Origin: Carcharhinus longimanus
Taxonomy: Eukaryota
Direction: 5' to 3'
Length of the DNA: 64,000 nucleotides
Assembly (NCBI GenBank): GCA_030264375.1
Contig: JASCQW010000132.1
Coordinates: 85,711,226-85,775,225, forward strand
Below the pieces are notes generated by a model, which searched no databases, was not told the DNA's origin, and worked only from the letters and a program-made list of their open reading frames with translations. The position numbers and the translations under genes were made by a program. This document shows, piece after piece, positions 14,032 to 27,050 of the stretch. The number at the start of each line of letters is the position of its first letter. Within the stretch, counting starts at the first letter, position 1.

Positions 14032-14324
14032 TAAAGCAGTGAGACTTCAGAAGGAAGGAGGACATAAAGCAGTGAGACTTTGGGAGGAAGGGGATCAGTA
14101 AGACTTTGGGACCAGGAGCCAATTGGAGGTCGCGTTTGGAAAGTGAAATCAAGATGTGACAGTACGGACAGGTAGATGCTTGGCTACTGAATATATTCAA
14201 TTACTCATCAAAAATTGGAAAATTTAATTGGGGAAAGTATAATATTTGTTGAAATAATAAGAATAGACCCAAAGAAAAGTCAGTAATTATAATTTAATTA
14301 GTAAAGTTAATTAATCTGTTAAAT

Positions 14325-16585
14325 AAGTGTGGAGATGGCAGGACAGGTGATGTGCTGTTGCTGAAGTATGTGGGAGCTTGTGGTCACCACTGTGATCCCA
14401 GGGAAAACATCTACAGTAAGCGTCTGCAACTTGAACTTTGACTCTGATCTAATTAGCCGGAATCCGAACTTCACATACTGCGATGCTTAATGGAGGGAGA
14501 AAGGGAGGGGACAGGGGAACAGAAGGTGGGACACAGTTCTGTGCAGCTGAGAGTCCAAAAAGTCTGTGTTGCCTGCCCAGGGCAAGGGCTCAGGACATCT
14601 GCTCTGGGCTAGAATGGAATTTGAAATGGGAGGGGGAAGTTTCAGTTGACATTGTCCATGTAGGCACCAATGACTTTGTAGGATGAGGATATAGGTTCCA
14701 CTGAGGGAGTATGAGCAGTGAGGGGCTAAAGTAAAAATAAGAACCTCAAAAGTAGTAATCTCTGAATTACCTGAGGAAATTGGTTTAGGGAAAACAAGAT
14801 TAGAGAGTAGATTCAAAATGCTGTCAGACCTGCTGAGATTTTCCAGCATTTTCTGTTTGTTTCAGATTCCAGTATTCGTGGCAGTTTGCTTTTATCTTGG
14901 GGAATTGAATGCTTAGCTCAAATTGGCATGGGAAAACAGCTTTCATTCTTGGGGCAATGACACCAGTACTGGGGAAAGTGGGTGCTGTTACAGTGGGATG
15001 GCCTTCACCTGATCTGAGCTGGGACTAGTGACCCTAATTGTATAATTTAAGTGATAGAGAGGGAGCAAGGGATCAAGTGAGGGAAGATGGGATAAACTGA
15101 AGAGAGAGGAAAGGATCATAGAGCAAGTTAGCAATAAGGGTAATGATAATCAGAACATGGGAAGAAGGGACAATGTGTACAAACTTAAGTTCACCAGCAG
15201 AAAGACCCGAGGCTGCAATAATAGTAAAAAGACAGTGGCCAGGATTTTCCAGGACCATCATGGTGGGAGTTGGTGGCCCGTGCAAAATCTATTGACTTTC
15301 AGCAGGATGGGGTGATTCTGATGGTGGGCGGGGCCAGAAAATCCTATCCTGTATGAAAGTCTCCTTATCTGAATACATGTAGTATTTGTAATAAAAAGGA
15401 AGTATTGTCAACTCAAATAGAAGTAAATAATAATGACATAATGGCCATTACAGAGATGTATTTAAAAGTTGGTAAAAGCTGAGAGCTACATATTCATGGG
15501 TACCTGGCACTTTGGAAGTACAGGAAGCTAGGAAAAGGTGGTGGGTACTTCTGTTAACTAAGGGCAACATTAGTAGAATCGAAAGGTGACCTTCATTGTA
15601 AAGATCAAGATGTAGAATCAGTGAGTGGCAAAAAGAAATAGCACAGATGAGAAGTCATGTATGGGAATAGTTTATAGGCCCGCTGGCAGTAATTACGCAA
15701 TAGGGTGGGAGACACAGGAAGAAAGAATGGTGGGGGGGGTGCTATGAAAAAGGTACAGTGATAATCATAACCAGTGGAGTGTCACAGGATTAATGCTGGG
15801 GCTGCAACTATTTACAGTTTATATTAATTATTTAGCAAAAAATTGGCAGATGGAGTATAATATGTGGAAAAAATGAACTTGTCCACTTTGGCAGAAAGAA
15901 TGGAAAAGCAGCATATTATTTAAATTGAGCAAGATTGCAAAACTTTGTGGGACAGGAGGAATCACAAAGTTAGTATGCAGGTATGGCAAGGTGATTAGGA
16001 AGGCAAATGGAATGTTGGTGTTTATTGGAATGAAATACAAGAGTTAAGGCAGTTTTGCTTCAGTTATACAAGGTATTATTGAGATCAAATCTGGAGTACT
16101 GTACATAGTTTTGGTCTCCTTATTTAAGAAAGGATATAATTGCATTAGAAGCAGTGCAGTGGAGGTTCACCTGACTGTTTCCTGGAACGAAGGAAGGAGT
16201 TGTCTCATGAGGAAAAGTAAAGCAATGTAAACATTGGCGTTGACAAGAATAAGAGATGATCTGATGAAACATATAAGAGCCAACGGTGAGTTGGAGTGAA
16301 TGCTAATTTCCCCTGATTGGAGAGACTAGAATTGGGGACACAGTTTAAAAATAAGCAGTCTCCTATTTAAGACAGATGAGAATTTCTTTTGAGGATCATT
16401 AGTCTGCAGAATTCTCTTCCCCAGAGAGCAGTGGAGACGAGACCATTAAATATTTTTATGGCTGAGTTAGATCGATTTGGACTCACGAGGGATCGAACGG
16501 TGGAGGCCACAATCAGTCCAGCCACAATTCTTTCAAATGGTGGAACAGGTTTCAGGCCTACTCCATAATTTGTATATTTGTATGT
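14325..16585 (+). mobile_element. Old, internally deleted CR1 LINE (ORF1 esterase, APE and RT remnants, 3'UTR) with nested inserts
   Basis: CCLPRARAQDI...IVHVGTND (SGNH-esterase-like CR1 ORF1); atggccattacagagatg APE remnant; ctggagtactgtacatagttttggtctccttat ORF2 remnant. Nested Penelope-type fragment ~14815-14896 and MITE 15237-15349. Confidence 0.75.
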
Positions 16586-18524
16586 GTAGATTGGGATCCA
16601 TTAGTGAGTTTCAAAGAGTAAGATGTTTCTGACATTTTAAACCATGTTTCAGCTTGAAGTTTCACACCATTTGTCATCATACTAACCTCTATTCCAAGGT
16701 AACTCTCCTTGGTTAAATATTAAAGCTTTAAAAGCTTACAATGGTATGTTGGTGCTTCCGTATTTTGCTCTGAAAACGCGAGTAATGACTATTTTGGTGT
16801 AAGTGTTACTCACAAATGGCAGTGGACAACCCCTTCTGTACCAGTCATTTAACTGCCAACTCCTTTGTAACAGAGGTTAGCTTTCAGACAGGGTGCCCTG
16901 AAGCAGGGTTTTGATGAGTGATATGAAAGCAACATTAATAGTACAGTTCCACACACAAAGACTTGCCTTTTTTTTTACAAATACCAATTGCTGTATTTAT
17001 TTAACAGAAAATTTTGTACAAGCAGCTCTGAGTTTGGTTAGAAGTGGTCACAGAAAATCAAAGAACAGTAAACAAAAGTGCTATTTTAATATGTTTCATG
17101 ATACACACAGTGGTTGGTGGATTGGGGTCGCGAGGACTTTTAAACAGTATGAACAGTGTGAAAGAGTATAGAGGGGCAGTGCCTGTGGGTATGCCGGTGT
17201 TTATAAACTCTGGTAGTTATGGGTAAAACTATAAATCTTCCTAGATCAGCACAATGATGCACAGAACATCATCTGAAGGCTTCAAACTATGCAAAGAACT
17301 TTGAAGGCCTTTGAAAGAAATGGGCCTTGTACTGAAGGTATAAATAGGACTTTGGGTTGAACACGGTTCAGCTCAGCTTCCCATCAGATAGAGGTTAGAT
17401 TTAGAGACTTCTCTTTAAAACTGTTATTTTGTATACTAATTTCAGTCATTTTTTTCCCCTACGACCAGTAACAGAATGGTTCATTGAACACTATTTTCTT
17501 TGTAAGATGAAAAATGGGCAATGGAGGCTGAATTCTAGGATCTATTACAGATAATACATAACGGCTGGCCTTGCCATTGGTGTCCACATTCCATCAATGA
17601 ATAAATAAAAGTACAAAATGCTCTAAAAGTTTCCAAGAAACTAATGTGCCTTTTAACTTTGCTCTCTTCCTCGCCCCTGAATGTTTTTTTTGCAGTTGTC
17701 CTTTCAAATGCTGAATAGGAACTGGTAGCAGGCTGAAATACTTTTGTGATGCAGTGAGACAACTCCTACTTCTGATCCCACAAATGTAAAAATAAAATTT
17801 AAATTGCCCCTTTTAAGAACTGCTGGTGAGTCACTTGTGTCAACAATTAGTCAGCCCATTAGTACATTAAAAATCGTGGTGGTGTCCTAAGATAGACACA
17901 TGACCCCAGTTTAAATACAGAAGGAAGCCTGTTGTGGCATGAAAGGTGGCCAGGTGTTTTGAGGCCTGCTTAAAAATTGATTAAGTAGCTAACCAGCAGG
18001 ACTTAATTTTCAAATTATCATTTGCGTTTTACCATGTTTTTCAACCTAAACACTATAGCGGGTATATGAAAGTTGGCACCATTTATTCTTCCTGGAATTT
18101 GCTTCAACCATAGTAACCATACCCTAACCAGTACATATTTCTGATCTATATGACAATCTATTCTTATCCATCACCCAAGAACCTCTTTTGATGGTATTGG
18201 GATCAAGTTTATTGCACGTAGTGATGATCCTTGACACAATGTTGCGCATGAGAGTACTTGCATATTCTGCCCATAGTGAATGCTTTTTGCCTTCCAACAT
18301 CCAGTTGTTCCACATTTTCCTATGCTGTACTTGAGAAATTTATTTATACTCACATGCGGGGTTAAATAACACTCGTAGGGAACAACTGGTTGATCTTGCA
18401 TCATAGACTACAGTGTCATCAAAGTGGGATTTAAACATATCCTAGAGGAGCATCATCTTCCTAGTCTCAAATTCCACACTTCTTTGATCCATTTCTTGTA
18501 ACCATGTTTACCCATCTTTCTTGA

Positions 18525-18826
18525 GGCAGCACGGTGGCACAGTGGCTAGCACTGCTGCCTCATAGCACCAGGGACCAGGGTTCAATTCCAGCCTTGGGTG
18601 ACTGTCCGTGTGGAGTTTGCACATTCTCCCCATGTCTGTGGGTTTCCTCCGACAGTCCAAAAATGTGCTGGTTAGGTTAATTGGCCATGCAAACTTGCCC
18701 TTAGTGTCAGGGAGGCTAACATGGTATATATGTGGGGTTACGGGGATGGGACCTGGGTCGGATTGTTGTCGGTGCAGGCTCGATTGCTGAATGGCCTCCT
18801 TCTGTACTGTTGGGATTCTGTGATTC
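18525..18826 (+). mobile_element. HE1-like V-SINE, full length
   Basis: ggcagcacggtggcacagtggctagcactgctgcctc...ggttcaattcc A/B boxes, V-domain, CR1 tail. Confidence 0.92.
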
Positions 18827-18941
18827 ATCNNNNNNNNNNNNNNNNNNNNNNNNNNNNNNNNNNNNNNNNNNNNNNNNNNNNNNNNNNNNNNNNNNNNNNN
18901 NNNNNNNNNNNNNNNNNNNNNNNNNNNNNNNNNNNNNNNNN

Positions 18942-19185
18942 TCCCACCACCACAGATCTGAAAATTGAAATCCGTAAAAATTCGGGAATTGAAAAGTCTA
19001 ATAGGACCATGAAACCGTTGTTGATTGTCGTAAAAACCCATCTGGTTCTCTAATGTCTGCAGTCCTTGCTGGACTCCAGACCCACAGCAATGTCATTGAC
19101 TCTTAAATACCCTCTAAACAGGGGCGATTGGAGTAGGCAATAAACGCTAGCCTAGCCAGTGCTGTCCACATCCCAGGATCAAATT
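18942..19185 (+). mobile_element. Second SINE family, 3' part after gap
   Basis: gaccatgaaaccgttgttgattgtcgtaaaaacccatctgg...ggcaataaacgctagcctagccagtgctgtccacatccc. Confidence 0.75.
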
Positions 19186-19889
19186 TTTTAAACAAAGGAC
19201 GACAGTGCCTTTCTGAAATTTCTCTTCTGGGAGCTTTGTGCCAGAATATCACTGCTGTTTTTAGTTTTATCCCGTATAAGTTGGAATTATTGTGAATCTT
19301 GTGGTCAATCATGTCTTTATTAGGGTACTTTTTCTCTGGATTTGGTATGGTCTTGTTTTGCTGGAATGTTGAAGTTTATTCGTGTTAGATCCATATTTCC
19401 ACAATCTCACGTTCTTCTCCTTGATGTCAGATGACAAAATGTGAAACTTGATTGTTTTACTTTTGAGTTTGGGTGACAGATGCTGTTGCTTTCTGATAGA
19501 ATAATAAATTGTGCCTTTTCATGCATCTTGTGTATGATCCAGCACTGGCCTTGAATTTTGGAAAGCCATTGTTTTTCACTTCACTGAAGAGTTGAATTTG
19601 ATAGCTCCAGGGATGATAATACCATTTTGCTGATAATTGTTAACCCATTGTGCCACTTTCTTTTCTCCATTTGTTCAGTCCTTTTCCACTGGCATGTTTA
19701 CTCATTGGCATTTTTTTCTATTGGTCTGTCTCCAACTATTCTCTCAAACATTAAACTCTCTTGCTGCTGAACTGTTATTAGTCTTCTCAGCTAATGCTAC
19801 AGTTTTCACTTTAAATTGAGCTGCCTTATTGTTCATTCTTGAAGGCATCGTGATAGATCATGTGGCATAACTTAGGCAACAGAATTAAC

Positions 19890-20390
19890 ATCAACACATC
19901 CAATCCTGCAAAGTCCTCCTTGCCAACATCTCTGGATTGTGTGCCAAAATTGGAAGAGCCATCTCACTGATTACTCAGGCAACAGCCTGACATTGCATAT
20001 AAGGTATTATTCTGTGAGTGTGACTATGCCCTGGATGCTGCCATGACCATCCCTGGGTACGTCCTGTCCCACTAACCGTTCCAGTGGAGGCTGTGGCACA
20101 ATAGTGTATAATTGGTAGGGAGTTGCCCTGAGATTCCTCAACATTGACCTTATGAAGTTTCTCAATATCAAGCCAAATATGGACAAGGAAACCTACTGAT
20201 TATCACCAGCTGCCCTCCTTCAGCTGATGAGTCGATACTTCTCCATATTGTACACCACTTGGAAGAAGCACTGTGAGTGGCAAGGGCATATGTACGCTTG
20301 AGTAGGGGACTTAAGTGTTCATCACCTGAAGTGACTCAGTAGCACTAATACCAGTACTCACTGAGCTGGCTGAGTCCTGATGGACACATG
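19890..20390 (+). mobile_element. Non-LTR retrotransposon endonuclease-region remnant (CR1/L2 group)
   Basis: Homologous to 21770-22090 (aacatct..ggg.cttgtgccaaaattgg.agagc...; ccatccctggg.a.gtcctgtcccac). Confidence 0.6.
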
Positions 20391-20994
20391 TCAATTGGCT
20401 GGAACATTCCTCTGGAATTGACAGAGGAAAATCATTTTGTTCCTATATATACATTTAAATTAATGGACCTAAGTAATTGATCACAAAACGAACTGATGAA
20501 AAATTCAGTTTTTTAGATATGTCATGGGGTCGAATTTTACACAAGATTGACTTGAACACAAGTCATACCAGTATTGCATTTAATAATCTGAGGTTTTTTT
20601 TGGATCAGGTCTGATACTGTTCTGAGTACCTAGTGGCAGATGATTGCAAAGAATTATCTATAAAACAAACTAGTAGCCTAGCAAGAAGCTTACAGGCTTC
20701 AGCAGGAAGTTCATACCAATTTCAAGAACTACTATAACAAGTAGAGAAGTAAAATTTTCAAAGCATCTTGTGTTGCATGCCTATGTCAGGTTGACTTTAA
20801 GACAGAAAATATTCATCCACTTGAAATGTTAACTCTGTCTTCAGTTTCGGCAGACTATTATCAGCATTTTCTGGTTTTTTTTCTATTTCAAATCGTCAGC
20901 ATCCACAGTATCTCACTTTTGTATCAGAGTTGACTTTTTTTCCCCTATGAAATCAGAGTGTTAAGATTCCCTGCGAATTTAATGTAAATATTTT

Positions 20995-21088
20995 GGCTGG
21001 GATTTTACGACCTTGCTCGGACGAGGCTTGTAAAATCCCACCTGAGGCCAATGGAGAATTCCTTTCTGCGAGGCAGTAAAATTCCAGC
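20995..21088. mobile_element. Short MITE with terminal inverted repeats
   Basis: gctgggattttac ... gtaaaattccagc; related copies at 9476, 15237, 34744, 36338, 49616, 49744. Confidence 0.75.
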
Positions 21089-21639
21089 TTTTGTTTTCAT
21101 GATGAGCAGTTTCACATTGTTTTCTTCTTTGTGTATAGTTGACCTTGAAATGTCCAAAATAAACTTGTGTGGCTTAGGAGTCCCTAATATCTTTGGTGTT
21201 TTGGCTCAAATAAAATTGAAATAACATTTTCTGCGTTGTCTCATTTAGACATCACAACAGCTACAATTTTACGCAACTGATTTAAATCTCATCCTTCTTG
21301 AGTGTATTCTGGAGAACCAACGTGAACTAAACCATTTCCCTGCTGTCTTGACTTGCCTGCAGGATAAGACCTTGAAGTTGGATCACAGAAGGGAAAAAAA
21401 TGATTTTTCTCCTGGGGACCCAACTGGATAAATTGATATACTGTCTGCCTGCCAGGCAACTTCACAGTATGTTTTCAATTTATTTTAAATATCAGTTCAA
21501 TTGAGAATCCCATTTTAAGGTATTGCACCTTCTGGAAAAGGTGAAATAATACTTGCATCCTTTTGCAAAACAACAGCATATTTTAACCTTGATAGCTTAA
21601 TTAATGAAAAATAAAATATTTATTATTTTCACTTTCAAA

Positions 21640-22968
21640 GTGGTTGACTTTTAACTGTCCTTGGAAAAGGCCTAACAAGCCACTCAATGTACCAAACTGC
21701 TACAGAAAAGTCAAAAAGGAATAAAATTGGACAGAGCACCTGGCATTGATTTAGCCATCAGAGATGACAACACACCAGATCCTGCATAGTCCGTACTAAC
21801 ATCTGGAGGCTTGTACCATTAATTGGGAGAGCTGTCCCACAGACTGGTCAAGCAACAACTCAGAATTATACCTTGCAGATAATGTCCCAGGTGCTGTTAC
21901 AGCCATTCCTAGGAATGTACTGTCCCATCCAAGGGAAGCAGCAGCACAGTGATACATAATAGGAAGAGAGTTGTCCTGGGATTTGGCAACATTGACTCCT
22001 TACTCTATGAAGTCTCATGGCACTAGGTCAAGCATGGACAAGGAAACCACCTACTAATTGCCTCTACTGTCAGCTGATAAGTTAGTATTCTTCAGGGGGA
22101 TGGGCAGAAACAGTTTCAAAATAAGGATGTCCCTTTTAAGACAGATAATGAGAAATTTTATTAAGACTTGTTAACCTTTGGAATTCTTTACCCTGGAAAA
22201 CAGTAGGGGGCTGAGTCTTTGAATGTTAGGCAGATTATAAATCTACATGGGTTTTAAGGGTTTGTGGAGACAAAGATAAATGAATGCTAAGCCCGCAAAC
22301 AGATCAGCTGCAATTTTACTGAAAGGCAGAACAGGCTCAAGGGGCTAAATGGCTGCTACTCTTATTTCTTATGTTCTTGACTCCAACAAGAGAGCATCTA
22401 CCCATTTCCCCCATGACCTTCAATGGCATTACCATCACTGAATCCTCACTATCAACACACTGGAGATACTATTGAGCTGAAGTTGAACTGGACCAGCTAT
22501 AATAATACTGTGGCTACAAGAGAGTTCAGAAACTGAGAATTTTGAGTCCAATACCTTGCCTCTCGAGTCTCCAAAGTCTGTCCATACACTACAAGACACA
22601 AATTGCTGTGATTGAATATTCAGCATTGCCTGGTTGAGTGTTGCTCCCACAATTCTCAAGAAGCTCAACATCATCTAGGAAAAAGCAGCCCAATAGCACC
22701 CCATTCACCACTTGACTTCAATGATAGATGGAGTGAATGTTGAGTCAGAACATTGTGTACTATATGTAACATGCACTGTAGCAACTCTCAAAGGTTCCTT
22801 GATGGCAGCTTCCATACCTGCCATCTCCTCCATCTAGAAGGACATGGGGAGCAAACACATGGAAACATCGTCATTTGCCAGTTTTCCCCCACGCCTCCCA
22901 CCATTTTGTCAAGGCAATTAGAGATGATTAACAAATGTAACCTTAGCAGTAATACCCACAATTATCAA
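21640..22968 (+). mobile_element. Decayed CR1/L2-group LINE (5' region, deletion, 3' end) interrupted by a CR1 tail (~22105-22378)
   Basis: Shares sequence with 19890-20390 and 36625-37030 (ccatcactgaatcc.cactatcaacac...gaactggac). Confidence 0.65.
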
Positions 22969-23094
22969 AGAATTTTTACAAAGCTGCAGTGTCAAATTAG
23001 TTAACACATTGAAGGATGCAGTTAAAAGTGATAATTCATTAATAATCAAAGCTGTACAATGCAAACACTTTTCTGCAGAAATATATAGAAAATA

Positions 23095-24430
23095 TCAATG
23101 TGTTCAACAAAGCCAAAATGGATTTATGAAAGGGAAATCTTGGGCAAACCTTCTCATTAGAATAGAGAAGAGTGAACCAGTGGATGTGGCGTATTTGGAT
23201 TTTCAGGCAAATTTTGAAGTCCCACAAGGGGTCACTGCAAAATTAAAGCACGTGGAATTGGATGTAGTACTTGGGCATGGATTGAGAATTGGTTAGCAGA
23301 TGGAAAACAAGAGTAGGAATAAACAGATCGGCATGGATCAGTGCTTGAGCCCCAGCAATTCACAATAAATATTTATGATTTGGACAAGGGAACCAAAAGT
23401 AATGTTTCCAAATTTGCTGATGACATGAAACTTGGTGGGAAGGTGAGTGGTGAGGAGGATGTTAAGAGGCTTCAAAGTGACTTAGATAAATTGTGAACAA
23501 ATACATGCAGAATTACATGTGACAATGATAAATTAAAATGTGAAGTTATCCACTTTGAATGAAGAAACAGAATGGTAGAATTTTATTTAAATTGTGATAG
23601 ATTGGCAAATGTTGACGTACAAAGGGACTAGGGTGTCCTAGTACACCCATATTGAAAGCAAGCATGCAGGTACAGCAGCAGTTGGGAAGGCAAATAATAT
23701 GTTAGCCTTCATTGCAAGGGGACTGGAGTACAGGAGCAAGGATCCCTTACTGCAGCTGTTCAGGGCCTTGGTAAAGTAAAAGTAAAGTTTTTATCTATTA
23801 GCCACAAGTAAGGCTTACATAAACTCTGCAATGAAGTTATTGTGAAATTCCTCTCGTCGCTACATTCCGGTGCCTGTTCAGGTCAATGCACCTAACCAGC
23901 ATGTCTTTCACACCATGGGAGGAACCCAGAGGAAACACACGCAGACGTGTGGAGAAGGTGCAAACTCCACACAGACAGTGACCTAAGCCGGGAATTCAAC
24001 CCGGGTCCCTGCCGCTGTGAAGCAGCAGTGCTGACCACTGTGCCACCATGTTGAGACCATATCTGGAGTATTGTGTGCAGTTTTGGTTTCCTTATCTAAA
24101 AAAAGGATACTGTTGCTGTAGAGGGAGTGCAGTGAATGTTCACCAGACTGATTCCTGGGATGGCAGGATTGTCATATGAGGAAAGATTGGGTTGACTGGG
24201 CCTGTATTGACTGGAATTTAGAAGAATGGGAGGAATCTAATTGAAATGTATAAAGTTCCAATGGGTCTGAATAGGCTGAATGCAGGGATGTTGTTTCCTC
24301 TGGCAGGAGGGGTTTAAAACAGGGTGGGGTTCACAATCTCAGGATCAGTCATTTCGGACTGAGATGAGCAGAATTTCTTCACTTGGATGATGAACCTGTG
24401 GAATTCTCTACCTGGAGGCCAGTCCACTAG
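23095..24430 (+). mobile_element. CR1 LINE RT region, decayed, with nested SINE
   Basis: SQNGFMKGKS...EPVDVAYLDFQ; tccaaatttgctgatgac (SKFADD); ctggagtattgtgtgcagttttgg. Confidence 0.88.
23773..24049 (-). mobile_element. V-SINE with alternative tail, inserted in CR1
   Basis: Splits the CR1 sequence gccttggt|gagaccat; same head and V-domain as HE1, different 3' end. Confidence 0.85.
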
Positions 24431-24914
24431 GTATATTAATGAAATAATCAGTAGCAAGGAAAAGTCCTCATTTGTCAATCTTAAAAGAGTTGCAGCTTTA
24501 AAAAGTGCAACTATTTAATTTGTTGCTTAGGATTATAAGATGTTTATAAAGTTTATTGGGGGCAAACTGAATTGCTGACATAAACAAGTTCATGATAAAG
24601 TTAATGTGGAGACAGAAAGTGAAGTGTGTGAAGGATCAATGCAGAATCAAAGACTCCTTCCTGATGGATGGAGAACTGTAAATGCTTGAGCCTAAGTTGT
24701 CTTGAGCTTGTAACATCAAGATTTCACAGCAGTGCCACATGCCTGATGGGAAGTGGTGTTCAATGTCAGTGCCGTGTACATTATCCACAGGGCTGAGGAG
24801 AGCAGTTACAGAAGAAAGACACACCTTAAGAAAACCGCCGTGGTAGAACTTGTAAATGGCCCAGGTATGCACGTCACAAAGTGTTGACTGTCAGACAGGT
24901 TATTTATGAAGGCA

Positions 24915-25025
24915 CCGCCATCTCATCCTTGCCCCTCACCTGAGGTGTGGTGATCCTCAAGTTAAATCACTATCAGTCAGCTCCCCCACCTCAAAAGAGA
25001 GAGCAACCTGGGACTATGACAATTT
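24915..25025 (+). mobile_element. Retroelement 3' tail fragment (possibly RTE-type)
   Basis: gcccctcacctgaggtgtggtgatcctcaagttaaatcac...gggactatgac; related to the tail of the SINE at 36265-36622. Confidence 0.5.
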
Positions 25026-25917
25026 TTAAATACACATTGCTGGCCAAACTTACTTACCAGTCTATCTCTTGCTACATACTTGTTTGTGCTTGAATGTTCA
25101 AATTATAACTTGCATTTGAAACACTTGCCATATGATATCTCCAAAGGGCCTTGTTGTAACGCAACTGAGTTAAATAATATATGGTTGTTCCCCAATAGCC
25201 AGATAAACCTGCAGCATGGACCCACAGCTTGTGTTTAATGTTTAAATTGATTATTTCTTGCCAATTTTCTCCCATCCTCTTCTTTCCTCCCCAGAGACAT
25301 TTTTGTACTTGTATATGGAATGTATGTGTCACTGGCATGACCAACATTTGTTGCCAATCCTTAATTGCCTTTGAAAAGTTGCTGGTGAACTCATTCTTGA
25401 ACCACTGCAGTCTGTCTGATTACAGGCTCATCCACCGTGCACAGAATCCACAAGTGTTGCTGGATTTTGGCACAGTGATAATGAAGGGATGGCTTTATAT
25501 TTCTGTGTCAGAATTGTGTATGGCCTGGGTGGGAACTTGCAGTCAGTGGCATCAGCTGTCTTTGTTCTTCTGGGTGGCAGAGGTGTTAAGGTTTAGAAGG
25601 TGCTCTCGAAGGAAGCCAGGTTAGTTGCTGTAAGGATATCATTGATACGATGCACACTGGAGTCACTGTGTCAGTAGTGAATGAAGTTTAAGATGGTGGA
25701 TAGGCTGCCAGTTAAATGAGTTGCTTTGTCACGGACAGTATCGAATTTCTTGAGCGGTGATAGGCAACCTAGGCTAGTAGGTGGGCCACGAGTGGCCCTC
25801 CCTCATCTCAGCGGGCCATAAAATTAAAATTGGGCATGTTCACAAATCATGACGCCATGAATAAGATGGAAAACGTTCAACACTTGATGAATATTTCATA
25901 ATGAGTTATAGAAAAGG

Positions 25918-26187
25918 CTTAACAAAGAACAGTATAGCACAGGAACAAGCCCTTCAGCCCTCCAAGCCTGCTCCAATTATGTTATCTTATCTAGACCAAC
26001 CACTGGTATCCCTCTATTCCCTGTCTGTTCATGTGTCTTAAATAGTCCAGATAAGGCTTAAATGTTGCTAGCAAACCTGGCTCAATCACTTCACTTGGCA
26101 GTGCATTCCTGGTCCCCAACACTTTTTTTTTTAAAAAAAACTTCCCCCTGTACATCTCCACTGAATCTTACCCCGCGCGCGCGCGCG

Positions 26188-26230
<43 letters not shown>

Positions 26231-27050
26231 CCCCACTCATGTTGGGTAATTGTCATTCCCGCCCTGGGAAAAGGCTTCCCATTGGTCACCCTATCTATGC
26301 CTCTCAATTTTATAAACTTCTTTCAGGCCTCCCCTCAGCCTCCATCTTTCCAGGGAGAACAGTCTCAGTTTATTCAATCTCTCCTCATTGTTAATGCCCT
26401 CCATAACCAGGTAACATCCTGGTAAACCTTTTCTGCACTCTCTCCAAAGCCTCCACATTCTTCTGGTAGTGTGATGACCAGAATTGGAAGCAGTATTCCA
26501 AATGTGGCCTGACTCACGTTTTATATAAGTAACATAATTTGCTAACTTTTATACTCGATGCCCCATCCAATGATGGCAAACATGCCATATGCTTTCTTCA
26601 CCATCTTTTCACCTGTGCTGCTACTTTTAAGGATTTGTGGACCTGCATGCCCAGATCTGTGTGTCTATGTCCCTGTTGCTTCTACCACTTATTTTATAGC
26701 TCCTACCTGAATTGGATCGACCAAAATGCATGACCTCGCATTTGTTCAGATAAAATTCCATCTGTCATTTCTCTGTCCAATTTTCCAACCTATCTGTTTT
26801 CTGCTATATTCTCTATCTACAATTTCAGCAATCTTAGTATCATCCGCATCTTGCTAATCAGACCAGCTACATTTCCAATATATAATTACAAACAGCAGAG
26901 GTCTCAGCACTGATCCCTACGGAACACCACCACTTACAGGCTCCATTGAGAAAAACACCCTTCCACCACTACCCTCTGTCTTCTGTGGCCAAACCAATTC
27001 TGAATCCATCTGACTAGTTCACCCCTGATTTTGTATGATTTAATCATTCA
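25918..27050 (-). mobile_element. CR1 LINE 3' ~1.1 kb
   Basis: aacaaagaacagtatagcacaggaacaagcccttcagccc tail; cagtattccaaatgtggcct (RPHLEY on the minus strand). Confidence 0.88.
26174..26229. repeat. Compound (CG)n-(CA)n microsatellite
   Basis: cgcgcgcgcgcgcgtgcgcgcacacacac... directly visible. Confidence 0.95.
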
